NCBI RefSeq assembly: GCF_964213995.1
Contig: NW_027590818.1
Span: forward strand, 62,001 to 126,000
Source: Mustelus asterias
Taxonomy: Eukaryota
Direction of reading: 5' to 3'
Length of the DNA stretch: 64,000 bases
Within the stretch, counting starts at the first letter, position 1, and every line of letters starts with the position of its first letter. This document shows, piece by piece, positions 1 to 12,928 of this stretch. The notes beneath the pieces were generated by a model. The model was not told the DNA's origin, made no database searches, and worked only from the letters and a program-made list of their open reading frames with translations. Made by a program: the position numbers and the translations under genes.

Positions 1-787
1 CACCATCTGTGATTTTTTTTAAATTCAGGAACTCTCAACAGGAACTTCTTTATAATAAGTTTATGAACTTTTCCTGCAATCTGAAATTGATGTTTGGTGC
101 AAACTGTACAATTCAGTGTCTGAAAGGTTCCACTGCTTAAGATTTCCAATGAGAAAATGCTGACAATTCTTACTGACTTGCACATTATTCACAGTGACAC
201 TTCCACGATCATATTTAATTATCAAGGAACATAAAACAATGCACAGATACTTGTTAGAACTGAACTTGAATATTGCTGAAAAGAGAGATCTGTTGCTGAA
301 TCTCTTCATCATGCACTCACCAGGACAAACAGAAGAATGCCAAATTTCAAATGATCACAATAGGTGGACTCTCATTGACTTGAAGCATCACCATGGAGAA
401 ATCAATAGAAGACTGTAGGTTTCTCAAGCTTCTGGGAAATTCAAAAAAGGTGCAAGGCTTGAAAATTCTCGTTTTGTTTGCAGGGAAAGGATCGCTGCGT
501 ATAAATGTAAGTTGCTTCTTGCAACTATAACTGATCCGTATTATGAACTCGACTGATTATCTTCAATTGATTATGTGTAGCTATTGACACACTCAGGATT
601 GTTCAGCAAGTGCTGCCCAATCTGTAATCACAGTAAACATTGTATTTTTGGTTTTGTGAGTGTGGGCTGCTGAAAAAAATCATGACCTATTCTGACAAAT
701 CAAAGAACATGCTGTCTTATTCTATCAGCCACTCACTGGGATTTACAGCCTACGACCCAGCACTGCACTGGCAAAGATATTCAGAAT

Positions 788-972
788 GTGGAGATGCCGG
801 CGTTGGACTGGGGTGAACACAGTAAGAGTTTTAACTATACCAGGTTAAAGGAGACACTCTGTGCACTGTTTGAGGGCACATTTCCACTCCATCTGACGAA
901 GGAGCAGCGCTCCGAAAGCTAATGGTATTTGCTACCAAATAAACCTGTTGGACTTTAACCTGGTGTTGTTAA
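788..972. mobile_element. Short dispersed repeat (Penelope-associated type)
   Basis: GTGGAGATGCCGGCGTTGGACTGGGG...CTCCGAAAGCT...AATAAACCTGTTGGACTTTAACCTGGTGTTG. Related copies at 6963-7147, 39910-40075 (inverted) and 60893-61420. Confidence 0.55.
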
Positions 973-1483
973 AAGATATTCATACCCAGCCTTGCTCATT
1001 TGTGTGGGAGGCTGAATACCTTTTTGGTGCTGGCAGCTAATTCGTGGAAAGTATCACTCGTGTAACCACGACATAGTCGCAGAATGAAACAGATTAGTGT
1101 TCCCTCTGTATTGTGCAGCCTTGTGATTGTGCTAAAGGCCATCACTTTCAGATCTGAAAAGTGCCTGGGTCAAGGTCAAATTACCCCAGAAAGGGACATT
1201 TTCTCTCAAATCTGAAGCAACAGGTTAAACAAATCATTTCACACTGAAACACATCTTCAACGTTGCGGTAGTTTGTTCAGTTACACACTTGGTGGTCACG
1301 TGACTCTGGTTGTCGCATTCCTGAGCTTCATTGGAGGGATTCCTCACATGAGCCGAGTTTGAGGAGAGTATCTCTGGCCTCCAGTGATGCAGCCGCTGAA
1401 TCTATTCCTGGAAAAAACACATTTGGAATATTGTGATCATGCTGCCTGAATCCATCAGAAAATGTTGTATTCAAGTGTGGGGG

Positions 1484-2843
1484 GGATAATGTTCACTGTT
1501 TTATATTCGGGTCTGGGTGGGATAATGTTCACTGTTTTATATTTGGGTCTGGGGGGATTAATGTTCACTGTTTTATATTCGGGTCTGGGGGGGATAATGT
1601 TCACTGTTTTATATTCGGGTCTGGGGGGGATAATGTTCACTGTTTTATATTCGGGTCTGGGGGGGATAATGTTCACTGTTTTATATTCGGGTCTGGGGGA
1701 TAATGTTCACTGTTGTATATTCGGGTCTGGGGGAGATAATGTTCACTGTTTTATATTCGGGTCTGGGGGGATAATGTTCACTGTTTTATATTCGGGTCTG
1801 GGGGATAATGTTCACTGTTTTATATTCGGGTCTAGAGGGGATAATGTTCACTGTTTTATATTCGGGTCTGGGGGGATAATGTTCACTGTTTTATATTCGG
1901 GTCTAGAGGGGATAATGTTCACTGTTTTATATTCAGGTCTGGGGGATAATGTTCATTGTTTTATATTCGGGTCTGGGGGGGATAATGTTCACTGTTTTAT
2001 ATTCAGGTCTGGGGGATAATGTTCACTGTTTTATATTCGGGTCTGGGGGGGATAATGTTCACTGTTTTATATTCGGGTCTGGGGGGATAATGTTCACTGT
2101 TTTATATTCGGGTCTAGAGGGGATAATGTTCACTGTTTTATATTCAGGTCTGGGGGATAATGTTCATTGTTTTATATTCGGGTCTGGGGGGGATAATGTT
2201 CACTGTTTTATATTCAGGTCTGGGGGATAATGTTCACTGTTTTATATTCGGGTCTGGGGGGGATAATGTTCACTGTTTTATATTCCGGTCTGGGGGGATA
2301 ATGTTCACTGTTTTATATTCGGGTCTGCGGGATAATGTTCACTGTTTTATATTCGGGTCTGGGGGGATAATGTTCACTGTTTTATATTTGGGTCTGGGGG
2401 GGATAATGTTCACTGTTTTATATTCGGGTCTGGGGGGGATAATGTTCACTGTTTTATATTCGGGTCTGGGGGATAATGTTCACTGTTTTATATTCGGGTC
2501 TGGGAGGGATAATGTTCACTGTTTTATATTCGGGTCTGGGGGATAATGTTCACTGTTTTATATTCGGGTCTGGGGGATAACGTTCACTGTTTTATATTCG
2601 GGTCTGGGGGGATAATGTTCACTGTTTTATATTCGGGTCTGGAGGGGAGATAATGTTCACTGTTTTATATTCCGGTCTGCGGGGATAATGTTCACTGTTT
2701 TATATTCGGGTCTGCGGGATAATGTTCACTGTTTTATATTCGGGTCTGGGGGATAATGTTCACTGTTTTATATACGGGTCTGGGGGGAGAATGTTCACTG
2801 TTTTATATTCGGGTCTGGGGGGGGATAATGTTCACTGTCTGGG
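1484..2843 (+). repeat. Minisatellite, ~35-bp unit GGATAATGTTCACTGTTTTATATTCGGGTCTG(G)n, ~38 copies
   Basis: Direct head-to-tail repeats varying mainly in G-run length; no unique spacers. Confidence 0.97.
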
Positions 2844-3499
2844 GTTTGTGAGCTCGGGTTGATTCTGCCGACGGTGCATTCTCACTCGGCCCCGGTGACT
2901 GCTGCATTTTTCCAGCACCTTCTGTTTTAATTTTAAGTGGAACCTTAATATCTGCTTAGTACACAGGACAATTTATCTTTCCAGGGGTGAGTGTGTCTGA
3001 GAGGTATGCAACTGGAAAACATTTTCCATTCATCTCCTATATTGCTGCAGTATATATACATTGTTCTCACTCTGCCAGCAGGGCTGAGAGATTAATTGAT
3101 CAATCTTAAAGACATGCTGACTGGGCAGGATGAGCCAAATGGTTTCCATCTGTGATGTATCATTCCATAAAACAGAATATTCAGCATCAGGAGAAAGAAA
3201 GTGAAAGAAACCAATCTCTGTGTGATTTACCCAACCAATGTGAGCACCTTCAGGGGAGCAGAGAGAGAGGGAAACCAGTGGGAAAAGTTTTAAAAGCTCG
3301 GAGTATTCCCACAGGAGAGCACTGGTTGAAATCAATTTTAGAAATAGAGAATGGCAGCGCACAAATTCCGAGGAATGCATTTAAAAAAATTAATTGATCT
3401 TAATTGCACAAGATAATTTTCTATTATTGTCTTTGATTGACAATGACGCCTTTAATTCCCAGGTGCCCCTGCGGGTGTGAAAGTGTCCTATTCATTCCA

Positions 3500-3835
3500 C
3501 AGGAGCCGATTGCGCAGGCGCAGTGCTGTATCTGGAGCATGCGCAGTGTCACTTTGCTCGGAGTCCTGTGAATGTGGGAGACGCTTTTTTCAGCGGGTGA
3601 ATCAGTGGGGCTGCAGAAGAAATGGAGCCGGGAGTCGGGGTAGGGAGGGAGCTATGGCTTCACAAACATCCGCTGTAGGCCGCACGGCCCGAATAAGACC
3701 CTGCAGGTCCCGGGTTTACAGCTCCGAGGCTTTTATCCCGGGAACAGGCCCCGGTTATCGGCCGCCATCTTGTTTCAGCGGAGAGCGCATGCGCTGCTGT
3801 CGGTGGCGGGTCACAATGGGCGTGGTTTCAGGGGC
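3500..3835. promoter_or_regulatory. CpG-rich, probably bidirectional promoter / first exon of a ZNF gene
   Basis: NRF1-type TGCGCAGGCGCA 3511-3522 and GCGCATGCGC 3785-3794; YY1 motif GCCGCCATCTTG 3761-3772; GC box GGGCGTGG near 3818; candidate donor CGG|GTGAAT at 3597. Confidence 0.7.
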
Positions 3836-3865
3836 TGGTTCAGAACCTCTGTCTTCAGAGGGACA

Positions 3866-4201
3866 ATAGAATCATAGAAACCCTACAGCACAGAAAGAGG
3901 CCATTCGGCCCATCGAGTCTGCACCGACCACAATCCCACCCAGGCCCTACCCCCACATATTTACCCGCTAATCCCTCTAACCTACGCATCCCAGGACTCT
4001 AAGGGGCAATTTTTAACCTGGCCAATCAACCTAACCTGCACATCTTTGGACTGTGGGAGGAAACCGGAGCACCCGGAGGAAACCCACGCAGACACGAGGA
4101 GAATGTGCAAACTCCACACAGACAGTGACCCGAGCCGGGAATCGAACCCGGGACCCTGGAGCTGTGAAGCAGCAGTGCTAACCACTGTGCTACCGTGCCG
4201 C
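3866..4201 (-). mobile_element. HE1-type tRNA-derived SINE, full length
   Basis: Minus strand: GCGGCACGGTAGCACAGTGG (A box), GGTTCGATTCC (B box), conserved core, and a TTCTATGATTCTA tail. Confidence 0.9.
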
Positions 4202-5070
4202 ATATCAGTTTGCATTTCAAAATTGAATTGAGAATGTCTGGGAGCAAATGGTAAAATGAGGTTTGAGACACCAGCTGCAATTATTTTCTGTGACTGATGA
4301 TACCTTTGTGCCTGTGCAGGAGGTAATTCCCCTGCTGTTGTGGCACAAATAAAATGGAGCCTTTCCAAGGAACAGGCCCATGTTAATGGTCACCGTGGTG
4401 TTTCATTGGTGGGCAGAGCACATGTGCCTATTGTGGTAACAACAGAGTCAGTGGGGCTGCACGTCCCCTGACTTGGAAGGAAAATAGTTGACTCCTTGAT
4501 TGTACTCTCAATCTGTACATGGTCTGGAGGACTGAATCCAGCTGGAGGGAGAGGGAGCTGGGCTCAGAGTGGAGATGGGGCAATGAGTTTGATTTCAGCT
4601 CAGGGACAAGAGAGAGTGTGTGGGATGGGGATTACAGCTCAAGATAAATAAGATGGAGAAATGTTTCGTGGAAACTGAAATTGTCTGTTCTTAAGTATTT
4701 TTTAAAAACTCTTTTTGCAGGGAACTGGAAGAGGAAGATTCACAGACAGGAAACTCAAACTAAACTTCAGATCAAAGTCTGACAGAGCCATTCGATTCAT
4801 CATGACCTGAATATGATTGCTTTTGACAGTGGAGGGAGAAATCATTCACCGTTTTGTCAGTGGGAGAAAATTGCAAAATTCAATGTGACAGAAAAAGAAC
4901 TGAGACACACACACACTCCAGTGAACTGACTGTGAATCGAGCTTTAACCAGTTACACAGCCTGAAAAACATCACACCATTCACAGTGGGGAGAAACCATA
5001 CACATGGTCTGTATGTGGATGAGGCTTCAACTAATCATCCAACCTGGAGAGACAGAAGGACACCAGCACC

Positions 5071-6060
5071 GTGGACAAACCGTGGAAATGTGAGGATTGT
5101 GGTAAAGGATTCAATTATCCATCCCGGTTGGAAACCCATCGACACGGTCACATTGGGGCAGGGAAAATGGAGAAACCATGGAAATGTGATGATTGTGGTA
5201 AAGGATTCAATTATCCGTACTTGCTGGAAAACCATAGACACAGTCACACTGGAGAGAGGCCATTCATCTGTTCTGTGTGTGGGAAAGGATTCACTACCTC
5301 ATCCCACCTGCTGTTACACCAGCGAACTCACACTGAGGAGAGGCCGTTCAGCTGCTCCACCTGTGGAAAGGGGTTCTCATGTTCATCCAACCTCAGTGCA
5401 CATCAGCGAGTTCACACTGGGGAGAGATCGTTCACCTGCTCCTTGTGTGGGAAGGAGTTTGCTGGGCCATCCGGTCTTTGGTCACACCAGCGAATTCACA
5501 CAGGAGAGAAGCCATTCACCTGTTCTGTGTGTGGTAAGAGATTCACTCTGTCATCTAACCTGCTGTCACACCGAGTTCACACAGAGGAGAGACCGTTCAG
5601 CTGCACTTCCTGTGGAAAGAGGTTCAGGTCTTCATCCAACCTCAGTGCACACAAGCGAGTTCACACTGGGGAAAGGCCGTTCACCTGTTCCACGTGTGGG
5701 AGGGAATTCACCAATTCATCCGGCCTCCTGTCACATCAGCGAATTCACACTGAGGAGAAGCCATTTATTTGCACCTACTGTGGAAAGAGTTTCAGGCAGT
5801 TATCAATCCTCACTGCTCATCAACGCACTCACACTGGGGAGAGACCATTCACTTGCTCCATGTGTGGGAAGGGATACACTCAGTCTGGCAGCCTGCATTT
5901 ACACGAGCTCACCCACACTGGGGAGAGGCCATTCACCTGCTCTGTGTGTGGGAAGGGATACACTCGGTCATCCCACTTGCTGACACATCTGCAAGTTCAC
6001 AATTGCCTCCAGGAGTTGGATTTTGCAGTTCCTGCCGCTGTTAATCACATCCAGGATTGA
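5071..6060 (+). CDS. C2H2 zinc-finger protein, 11 fingers, no KRAB/SCAN/BTB seen (first ATG 5167)
   Basis: Repeated CxxC-x12-HxxxH with TGERPF linkers; finger 6 has HxxH spacing. Splice acceptor TTTTTGCAG ends at 4720. Confidence 0.9.
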   Translation: MDKPWKCEDCGKGFNYPSRLETHRHGHIGAGKMEKPWKCDDCGKGFNYPYLLENHRHSHTGERPFICSVCGKGFTTSSHLLLHQRTHTEERPFSCSTCGKGFSCSSNLSAHQRVHTGERSFTCSLCGKEFAGPSGLWSHQRIHTGEKPFTCSVCGKRFTLSSNLLSHRVHTEERPFSCTSCGKRFRSSSNLSAHKRVHTGERPFTCSTCGREFTNSSGLLSHQRIHTEEKPFICTYCGKSFRQLSILTAHQRTHTGERPFTCSMCGKGYTQSGSLHLHELTHTGERPFTCSVCGKGYTRSSHLLTHLQVHNCLQELDFAVPAAVNHIQD

Positions 6061-7658
6061 TAGTCTGACAATATTTGGTTTGTTTCTGCTGACATTAACA
6101 ATCGCTACAACTGGCTGAAGTTTAATATTCTGAAATGTCACTGATTTTCAGGGCTGTTGTGTCCCTTTTTAAAAGCACCATCTGTGATTTTTTTTAAATT
6201 CAGGAACTCTCAACAGGAACTTCTTTATAATAAGTTTATGAACTTTTCCTGCAATCTGAAATTGATGTTTGGTGCAAACTGTACAATTCAGTGTCTGAAA
6301 GGTTCCACTGCTTAAGATTTCCAATGAGAAAATGCTGACAATTCTTACTGACTTGCACATTATTCACAGTGACACTTCCACGATCATATTTAATTATCAA
6401 GGAACATAAAACAATGCACAGATACTTGTTAGAACTGAACTTGAATATTGCTGAAAAGAGAGATCTGTTGCTGAATCTCTTCATCATGCACTCACCAGGA
6501 CAAACAGAAGAATGCCAAATTTCAAATGATCACAATAGGTGGACTCTCATTGACTTGAAGCATCACCATGGAGAAATCAATAGAAGACTGTAGGTTTCTC
6601 AAGCTTCTGGGAAATTCAAAAAAGGTGCAAGGCTTGAAAATTCTCGTTTTGTTTGCAGGGAAAGGATCGCTGCGTATAAATGTAAGTTGCTTCTTGCAAC
6701 TATAACTGATCCGTATTATGAACTCGACTGATTATCTTCAATTGATTATGTGTAGCTATTGACACACTCAGGATTGTTCAGCAAGTGCTGCCCAATCTGT
6801 AATCACAGTAAACATTGTATTTTTGGTTTTGTGAGTGTGGGCTGCTGAAAAAAATCATGACCTATTCTGACAAATCAAAGAACATGCTGTCTTATTCTAT
6901 CAGCCACTCACTGGGATTTACAGCCTACGACCCAGCACTGCACTGGCAAAGATATTCAGAATGTGGAGATGCCGGCGTTGGACTGGGGTGAACACAGTAA
7001 GAGTTTTAACTATACCAGGTTAAAGGAGACACTCTGTGCACTGTTTGAGGGCACATTTCCACTCCATCTGACGAAGGAGCAGCGCTCCGAAAGCTAATGG
7101 TATTTGCTACCAAATAAACCTGTTGGACTTTAACCTGGTGTTGTTAAAAGATATTCATACCCAGCCTTGCTCATTTGTGTGGGAGGCTGAATACCTTTTT
7201 GGTGCTGGCAGCTAATTCGTGGAAAGTATCACTCGTGTAACCACGACATAGTCGCAGAATGAAACAGATTAGTGTTCCCTCTGTATTGTGCAGCCTTGTG
7301 ATTGTGCTAAAGGCCATCACTTTCAGATCTGAAAAGTGCCTGGGTCAAGGTCAAATTACCCCAGAAAGGGACATTTTCTCTCAAATCTGAAGCAACAGGT
7401 TAAACAAATCATTTCACACTGAAACACATCTTCAACGTTGCGGTAGTTTGTTCAGTTACACACTTGGTGGTCACGTGACTCTGGTTGTCGCATTCCTGAG
7501 CTTCATTGGAGGGATTCCTCACATGAGCCGAGTTTGAGGAGAGTATCTCTGGCCTCCAGTGATGCAGCCGCTGAATCTATTCCTGGAAAAAACACATTTG
7601 GAATATTGTGATCATGCTGCCTGAATCCATCAGAAAATGTTGTATTCAAGTGTGGGGG

Positions 7659-8807
7659 GGATAATGTTCACTGTTTTATATTCGGGTCTGGGTGGGATAA
7701 TGTTCACTGTTTTATATTTGGGTCTGGGGGGATTAATGTTCACTGTTTTATATTCGGGTCTGGGGGGGATAATGTTCACTGTTTTATATTCGGGTCTGGG
7801 GGGGATAATGTTCACTGTTTTATATTCGGGTCTGGGGGGGATAATGTTCACTGTTTTATATTCGGGTCTGGGGGATAATGTTCACTGTTGTATATTCGGG
7901 TCTGGGGGAGATAATGTTCACTGTTTTATATTCGGGTCTGGGGGGATAATGTTCACTGTTTTATATTCGGGTCTGGGGGATAATGTTCACTGTTTTATAT
8001 TCGGGTCTAGAGGGGATAATGTTCACTGTTTTATATTCGGGTCTGGGGGGATAATGTTCACTGTTTTATATTCGGGTCTAGAGGGGATAATGTTCACTGT
8101 TTTATATTCAGGTCTGGGGGATAATGTTCATTGTTTTATATTCGGGTCTGGGGGGGATAATGTTCACTGTTTTATATTCAGGTCTGGGGGATAATGTTCA
8201 CTGTTTTATATTCGGGTCTGGGGGGGATAATGTTCACTGTTTTATATTCCGGTCTGGGGGGATAATGTTCACTGTTTTATATTCGGGTCTGCGGGATAAT
8301 GTTCACTGTTTTATATTCGGGTCTGGGGGGATAATGTTCACTGTTTTATATTTGGGTCTGGGGGGGATAATGTTCACTGTTTTATATTCGGGTCTGGGGG
8401 GGATAATGTTCACTGTTTTATATTCGGGTCTGGGGGATAATGTTCACTGTTTTATATTCGGGTCTGGGAGGGATAATGTTCACTGTTTTATATTCGGGTC
8501 TGGGGGATAATGTTCACTGTTTTATATTCGGGTCTGGGGGATAACGTTCACTGTTTTATATTCGGGTCTGGGGGGATAATGTTCACTGTTTTATATTCGG
8601 GTCTGGAGGGGAGATAATGTTCACTGTTTTATATTCCGGTCTGCGGGGATAATGTTCACTGTTTTATATTCGGGTCTGCGGGATAATGTTCACTGTTTTA
8701 TATTCGGGTCTGGGGGATAATGTTCACTGTTTTATATACGGGTCTGGGGGGAGAATGTTCACTGTTTTATATTCGGGTCTGGGGGGGGATAATGTTCACT
8801 GTCTGGG
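7659..8807 (+). repeat. Minisatellite, second copy, ~6 units shorter
   Basis: Same 35-bp unit and same order of variant units as 1484-2843. Confidence 0.97.
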
Positions 8808-9463
8808 GTTTGTGAGCTCGGGTTGATTCTGCCGACGGTGCATTCTCACTCGGCCCCGGTGACTGCTGCATTTTTCCAGCACCTTCTGTTTTAATTTTAA
8901 GTGGAACCTTAATATCTGCTTAGTACACAGGACAATTTATCTTTCCAGGGGTGAGTGTGTCTGAGAGGTATGCAACTGGAAAACATTTTCCATTCATCTC
9001 CTATATTGCTGCAGTATATATACATTGTTCTCACTCTGCCAGCAGGGCTGAGAGATTAATTGATCAATCTTAAAGACATGCTGACTGGGCAGGATGAGCC
9101 AAATGGTTTCCATCTGTGATGTATCATTCCATAAAACAGAATATTCAGCATCAGGAGAAAGAAAGTGAAAGAAACCAATCTCTGTGTGATTTACCCAACC
9201 AATGTGAGCACCTTCAGGGGAGCAGAGAGAGAGGGAAACCAGTGGGAAAAGTTTTAAAAGCTCGGAGTATTCCCACAGGAGAGCACTGGTTGAAATCAAT
9301 TTTAGAAATAGAGAATGGCAGCGCACAAATTCCGAGGAATGCATTTAAAAAAATTAATTGATCTTAATTGCACAAGATAATTTTCTATTATTGTCTTTGA
9401 TTGACAATGACGCCTTTAATTCCCAGGTGCCCCTGCGGGTGTGAAAGTGTCCTATTCATTCCA

Positions 9464-9800
9464 CAGGAGCCGATTGCGCAGGCGCAGTGCTGTATCTGGA
9501 GCATGCGCAGTGTCACTTTGCTCGGAGTCCTGTGAATGTGGGAGACGCTTTTTTCAGCGGGTGAATCAGTGGGGCTGCAGAAGAAATGGAGCCGGGAGTC
9601 GGGGTAGGGAGGGAGCTATGGCTTCACAAACATCCGCTGTAGGCCGCACGGCCCGAATAAGACCCTGCAGGTCCCGGGTTTACAGCTCCGAGGCTTTTAT
9701 CCCGGGAACAGGCCCCGGTTATCGGCCGCCATCTTGTTTCAGCGGAGAGCGCATGCGCTGCTGTCGGTGGCGGGTCACAATGGGCGTGGTTTCAGGGGCT
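9464..9800. promoter_or_regulatory. Duplicate of the CpG-rich NRF1/YY1 promoter; probable promoter of the ZNF at 14856
   Basis: Identical to 3500-3835 at offset 5964. Confidence 0.65.
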
Positions 9801-10174
9801 GGTTCAGAACCTCTGTCTTCAGAGGGACAATAGAATCATAGAAACCCTACAGCACAGAAAGAGGCCATTCGGCCCATCCAGTCTGCACCGACCACAATCC
9901 CACCCAGGCCCTCCCCCCCTATCCCTACATATTTTACTTTGCTACCCCCACCCCGTCCATACCCTTGACTTTCTTGTGGATCAAAACTTCAGCTTTGAAT
10001 ATATTCAATGACCTGCCTCCAATCCTCACTGGTGAAGACAGAGTTCCAGAGATCAACAACCCGCTGAGAGAAAAGATCTCTCTTCATAAATTTGAGATCC
10101 TTTATTTTTACTTGATTTCCACACCAGAGGAAACATCCTCTCAGCATCTACCTTGTTAAGCACCTTATATCATA

Positions 10175-10465
10175 TGAATCATAGAATCCCTACAGTGTAG
10201 AAGGAGGCCATTCGGCCCATCGAGTCTGTACTGATCACAATCCCACCCAGGTCCCATCCCCACAACCCCATGCATTTGACACGAGGGTCAATTTAGCATA
10301 GCCAATCCACCTAACCCACACATCTTTGGACTGTGGGAGGAAACCAGAGCACCTGGACGAAACCCACGTAGACATGGGGAGAATGTGCAAACTCCATACA
10401 GACAGTGACCCAAGGCTGGAATTGAACCTGGGACCCTGGCGCTGTAAGGCAGCAGTGCTAGCCAC
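10175..10465 (-). mobile_element. HE1-type SINE
   Basis: Same core and tail as 3866-4201. Confidence 0.85.
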
Positions 10466-10489
10466 CCTTAAATTCCCAGATGTTTCAAT

Positions 10490-10888
10490 GTTTCACTTGG
10501 GCTTTTCTCTTTGGAGCGGAGGAGGTTGAGAGGAGACTTGATAAAGGTTTATAAGATGATGAGGGGGATAGATAGAGTGAACGTTCAAAGACTATTTCCT
10601 CGGGTGAATGGAGCGGTAACTAGGGGGCATAACTATAGGGTTCATGGTGGGAGATATAGGAAGGATGTCCGAGGTAGGTTCTTTACGCAGAGAGTGGTTG
10701 GGGTGTGGAATGGACTGCCTGCAGTGATAGTGGAGTCAGAAACTTTAGGAACATTTAAGAAGCTATTGGATAGGCACATGGAGTACTTCGGGATGATAGG
10801 GAGGAAATAGCTTGATCTGGGTTTCAGACAAAGCTCGGCACAACATCGTGTGCCGAAGGGCCTGTTCTGTGCTGTACTGTTCTATGAG
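10490..10888 (+). mobile_element. CR1/HER1 LINE 3' fragment
   Basis: ERRRLRGDLIKVYKMMRGIDRV...FFTQRVVGVWNGLP, typical of the CR1 ORF2 C-terminus, followed by a TTCTATG tail. Confidence 0.9.
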
Positions 10889-11687
10889 ATTACTTCTCAA
10901 TCTTCTAATCTCCAAAGAGTACAGGCCCAAGCTGCTCAACCTCAAAGACAAAACTCCTCATTTCAGGAATCAACCAACTGAATCTTCTCTGAACTGTTTC
11001 CACTGCAATTTTGTCCCACTAAAGTAATTCTGTGCCAGGTTAAAGGAGGAGGGAATGTTTTGAATCTCTGTTCTGGACAGATGCTGATGGATTTTGGAAA
11101 CTCCTTTTACAGGGGGTTAGAAGGGGAGGATTTACTCACAGCAAACTCAGACCAAAAGAAATGTTTGTGTGTCTTGAATTTCTAACCTTGAATTACACCG
11201 ATAACTTTCCTCATTTACAGGGACAAGATCTGAAGATTGCAACATTTTTCCCGGACACCAATCTCTCTGAGATCTTTTCAGCTGCAGCAGATTTTAAAAT
11301 GTGAAAACAGTGAAATGGTTTTGGGGTGAGTGTTAGTGAGCATTAATTTAAATTCAGAGCATGCTCTGATTCATTGGATCTCAGGCTATTATGACTCCTT
11401 TACCATGGATGGGGAGGCAATGGTGCAGTGATAGTGTTATTGGATTAGTAATACAGGGATCCAGGGCAATGCACTGTGAACCCTGGGTTCGAATCCGACT
11501 GTGGCAAATGTTGAAATTTGAATTCAGTATAAATCTAGAATTAGAAGTCCATTGATGATAATTGTCGTAAAAATCCATCCGATTTAATAATGTCCTTTAA
11601 AGAAGGAAATTACCACATCCCCCAGCAATGCAAACCACTCAGTTCAAGGGCAATGAGTTATGGGAATAGATGCTGACACTGCCAGCA

Positions 11688-12928
11688 CATAGAGTCATAG
11701 AGCAATACAGCACGGATACAGGCCCTTGGGCCCAACTGATCCATGCCAACCATGGTGCCCTCCCACCTAGTCCCATGTTTGGCTCATATCCCTCTAATCC
11801 TTTCCAATTCATGTACTTATCCAAATGCTTTTTAAATGTTTAAACCTCCTGTTTGAACCTGCCTCAACCACTTTCTCTGGCAGCTCATTCCATGTACACA
11901 CCACCCTCTGCATGAAGAAGTTGCCCCTCAGGTCCCTTTTAATCTTTCCCCTCTCATCTTAAACCTAGGCCCTCTAGTTTTCAATTCCCCTATCCTGGGA
12001 AAAAGACAATGTGGGTTCATCCTATCTATGCCCCTCATTATTTAATACACCTCAATATGGTCACCCCACACTCTCCTACATTCGAAGGAATAAAGCCCTA
12101 GCCTGTCCAACCTCTCGCGATCACTCAGGCCCATTAGTCCCGGCAACATCCTCATAAATCTTCTTTGCACTCTTTCCAGTTTATGAATGTCTTTCCTATG
12201 ACAGGGTTACAAAACTGTACACAATACTCCAAGTGCAGCCTCACCAACGACTTATACAACTATAACATAATGTCCCAACTCCTATACTCAGTGCCCTGAC
12301 TGATGAAGGCCAGTGTGCTAAATGCCTTCTTCACCACTCTGTCTACCTGTGACATCACTTTCAACAAACTATATACTTGTACTCCTGGGTTCCTCTGTTC
12401 CTCAACACTCCCCAGGGCCTTACCATTCACTGTGTAAGTCCTACCCTGGTTTGACTTTCCAAAATGCAACACTCACACTCAAGACCATAAGACATAGGAG
12501 CAGAATTATGCCACTCAGCCCATTGAGTCTGCTCCGCCATTCAATCATGGCTGATATTTTTCTCATCCCCATTCTCCTGCCTTTTTCCCATAACCCCAGA
12601 TCCCCTGATTAATCAAGAACCGATCTATCTCTGTCTTAAAGACAGTCAATGACCTGGCCTTCACAGCCTTCTGCGGCAAAGAGTTCCACAAATTCACCAC
12701 TCTCTGGCTGAAGAAATTCCTCCTTATCTCTGTTTTAAAGGATCGTCCCTTTAGCCTGAGGTTGTGCCTCTGTACTCTGTATTACCTGTACTGAAATCCA
12801 TTTGCCAATCATCAGCCCACTTCTCTAACTGATCAACTGATCAAGATCCCCCTGTAATTTTTGATAACCTTCTTCACTATCAGCGATACCTCCTAATTTA
12901 GTATCGTCTGCAAACTTGCTAACCATGC
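11688..12928 (-). mobile_element. CR1/HER1 LINE 3' fragment with a second LINE tail nested at ~12483-12770
   Basis: LHFGKSNQGRTYTVNG...VDRVVKKAF; KFADD-like codons near 12905; CATAGAGTCATAGAG tail. Confidence 0.85.

Larger units (their letters stand above)
1..3948 (+). repeat. Tandem segmental duplication, copy 1 (runs off the left edge); matches 6176-9912
   Basis: Position 1 recurs at 6176, with offset 6175 before the minisatellite and 5964 after it. The ORF track is duplicated (61/6236, 194/6369, 3030/8994, 3477/9441). Identity ends inside a SINE tail. Confidence 0.95.
6176..9912 (+). repeat. Tandem segmental duplication, copy 2
   Basis: Essentially identical to 1-3948 except for a minisatellite 211 bp shorter. 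Confidence 0.95.

Noticed and set aside
1484-2843. 35-bp repeats resembling a CRISPR array; ORFs of repeated GGIMFTVLYSGL
   Set aside because: No unique spacers and no cas genes in a vertebrate context; the ORFs are repeat artefacts broken by G-run changes.
3477-3869. 130-aa ORF and its duplicate at 9441
   Set aside because: GC-rich promoter sequence, non-ATG start, no recognisable domain.
3866-4201. tRNA-like A/B boxes in SINE heads
   Set aside because: SINE promoters, not tRNA genes; no complete cloverleaf.
4981-4987. CACAGTG heptamer
   Set aside because: It is the His-Ser-Gly codons of a fossil zinc finger; no nonamer at 12 or 23.
4985-5983. 332-aa overlapping ORF (and 14789/14800 ORFs)
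   Set aside because: Alternative frames of repetitive zinc-finger codons.
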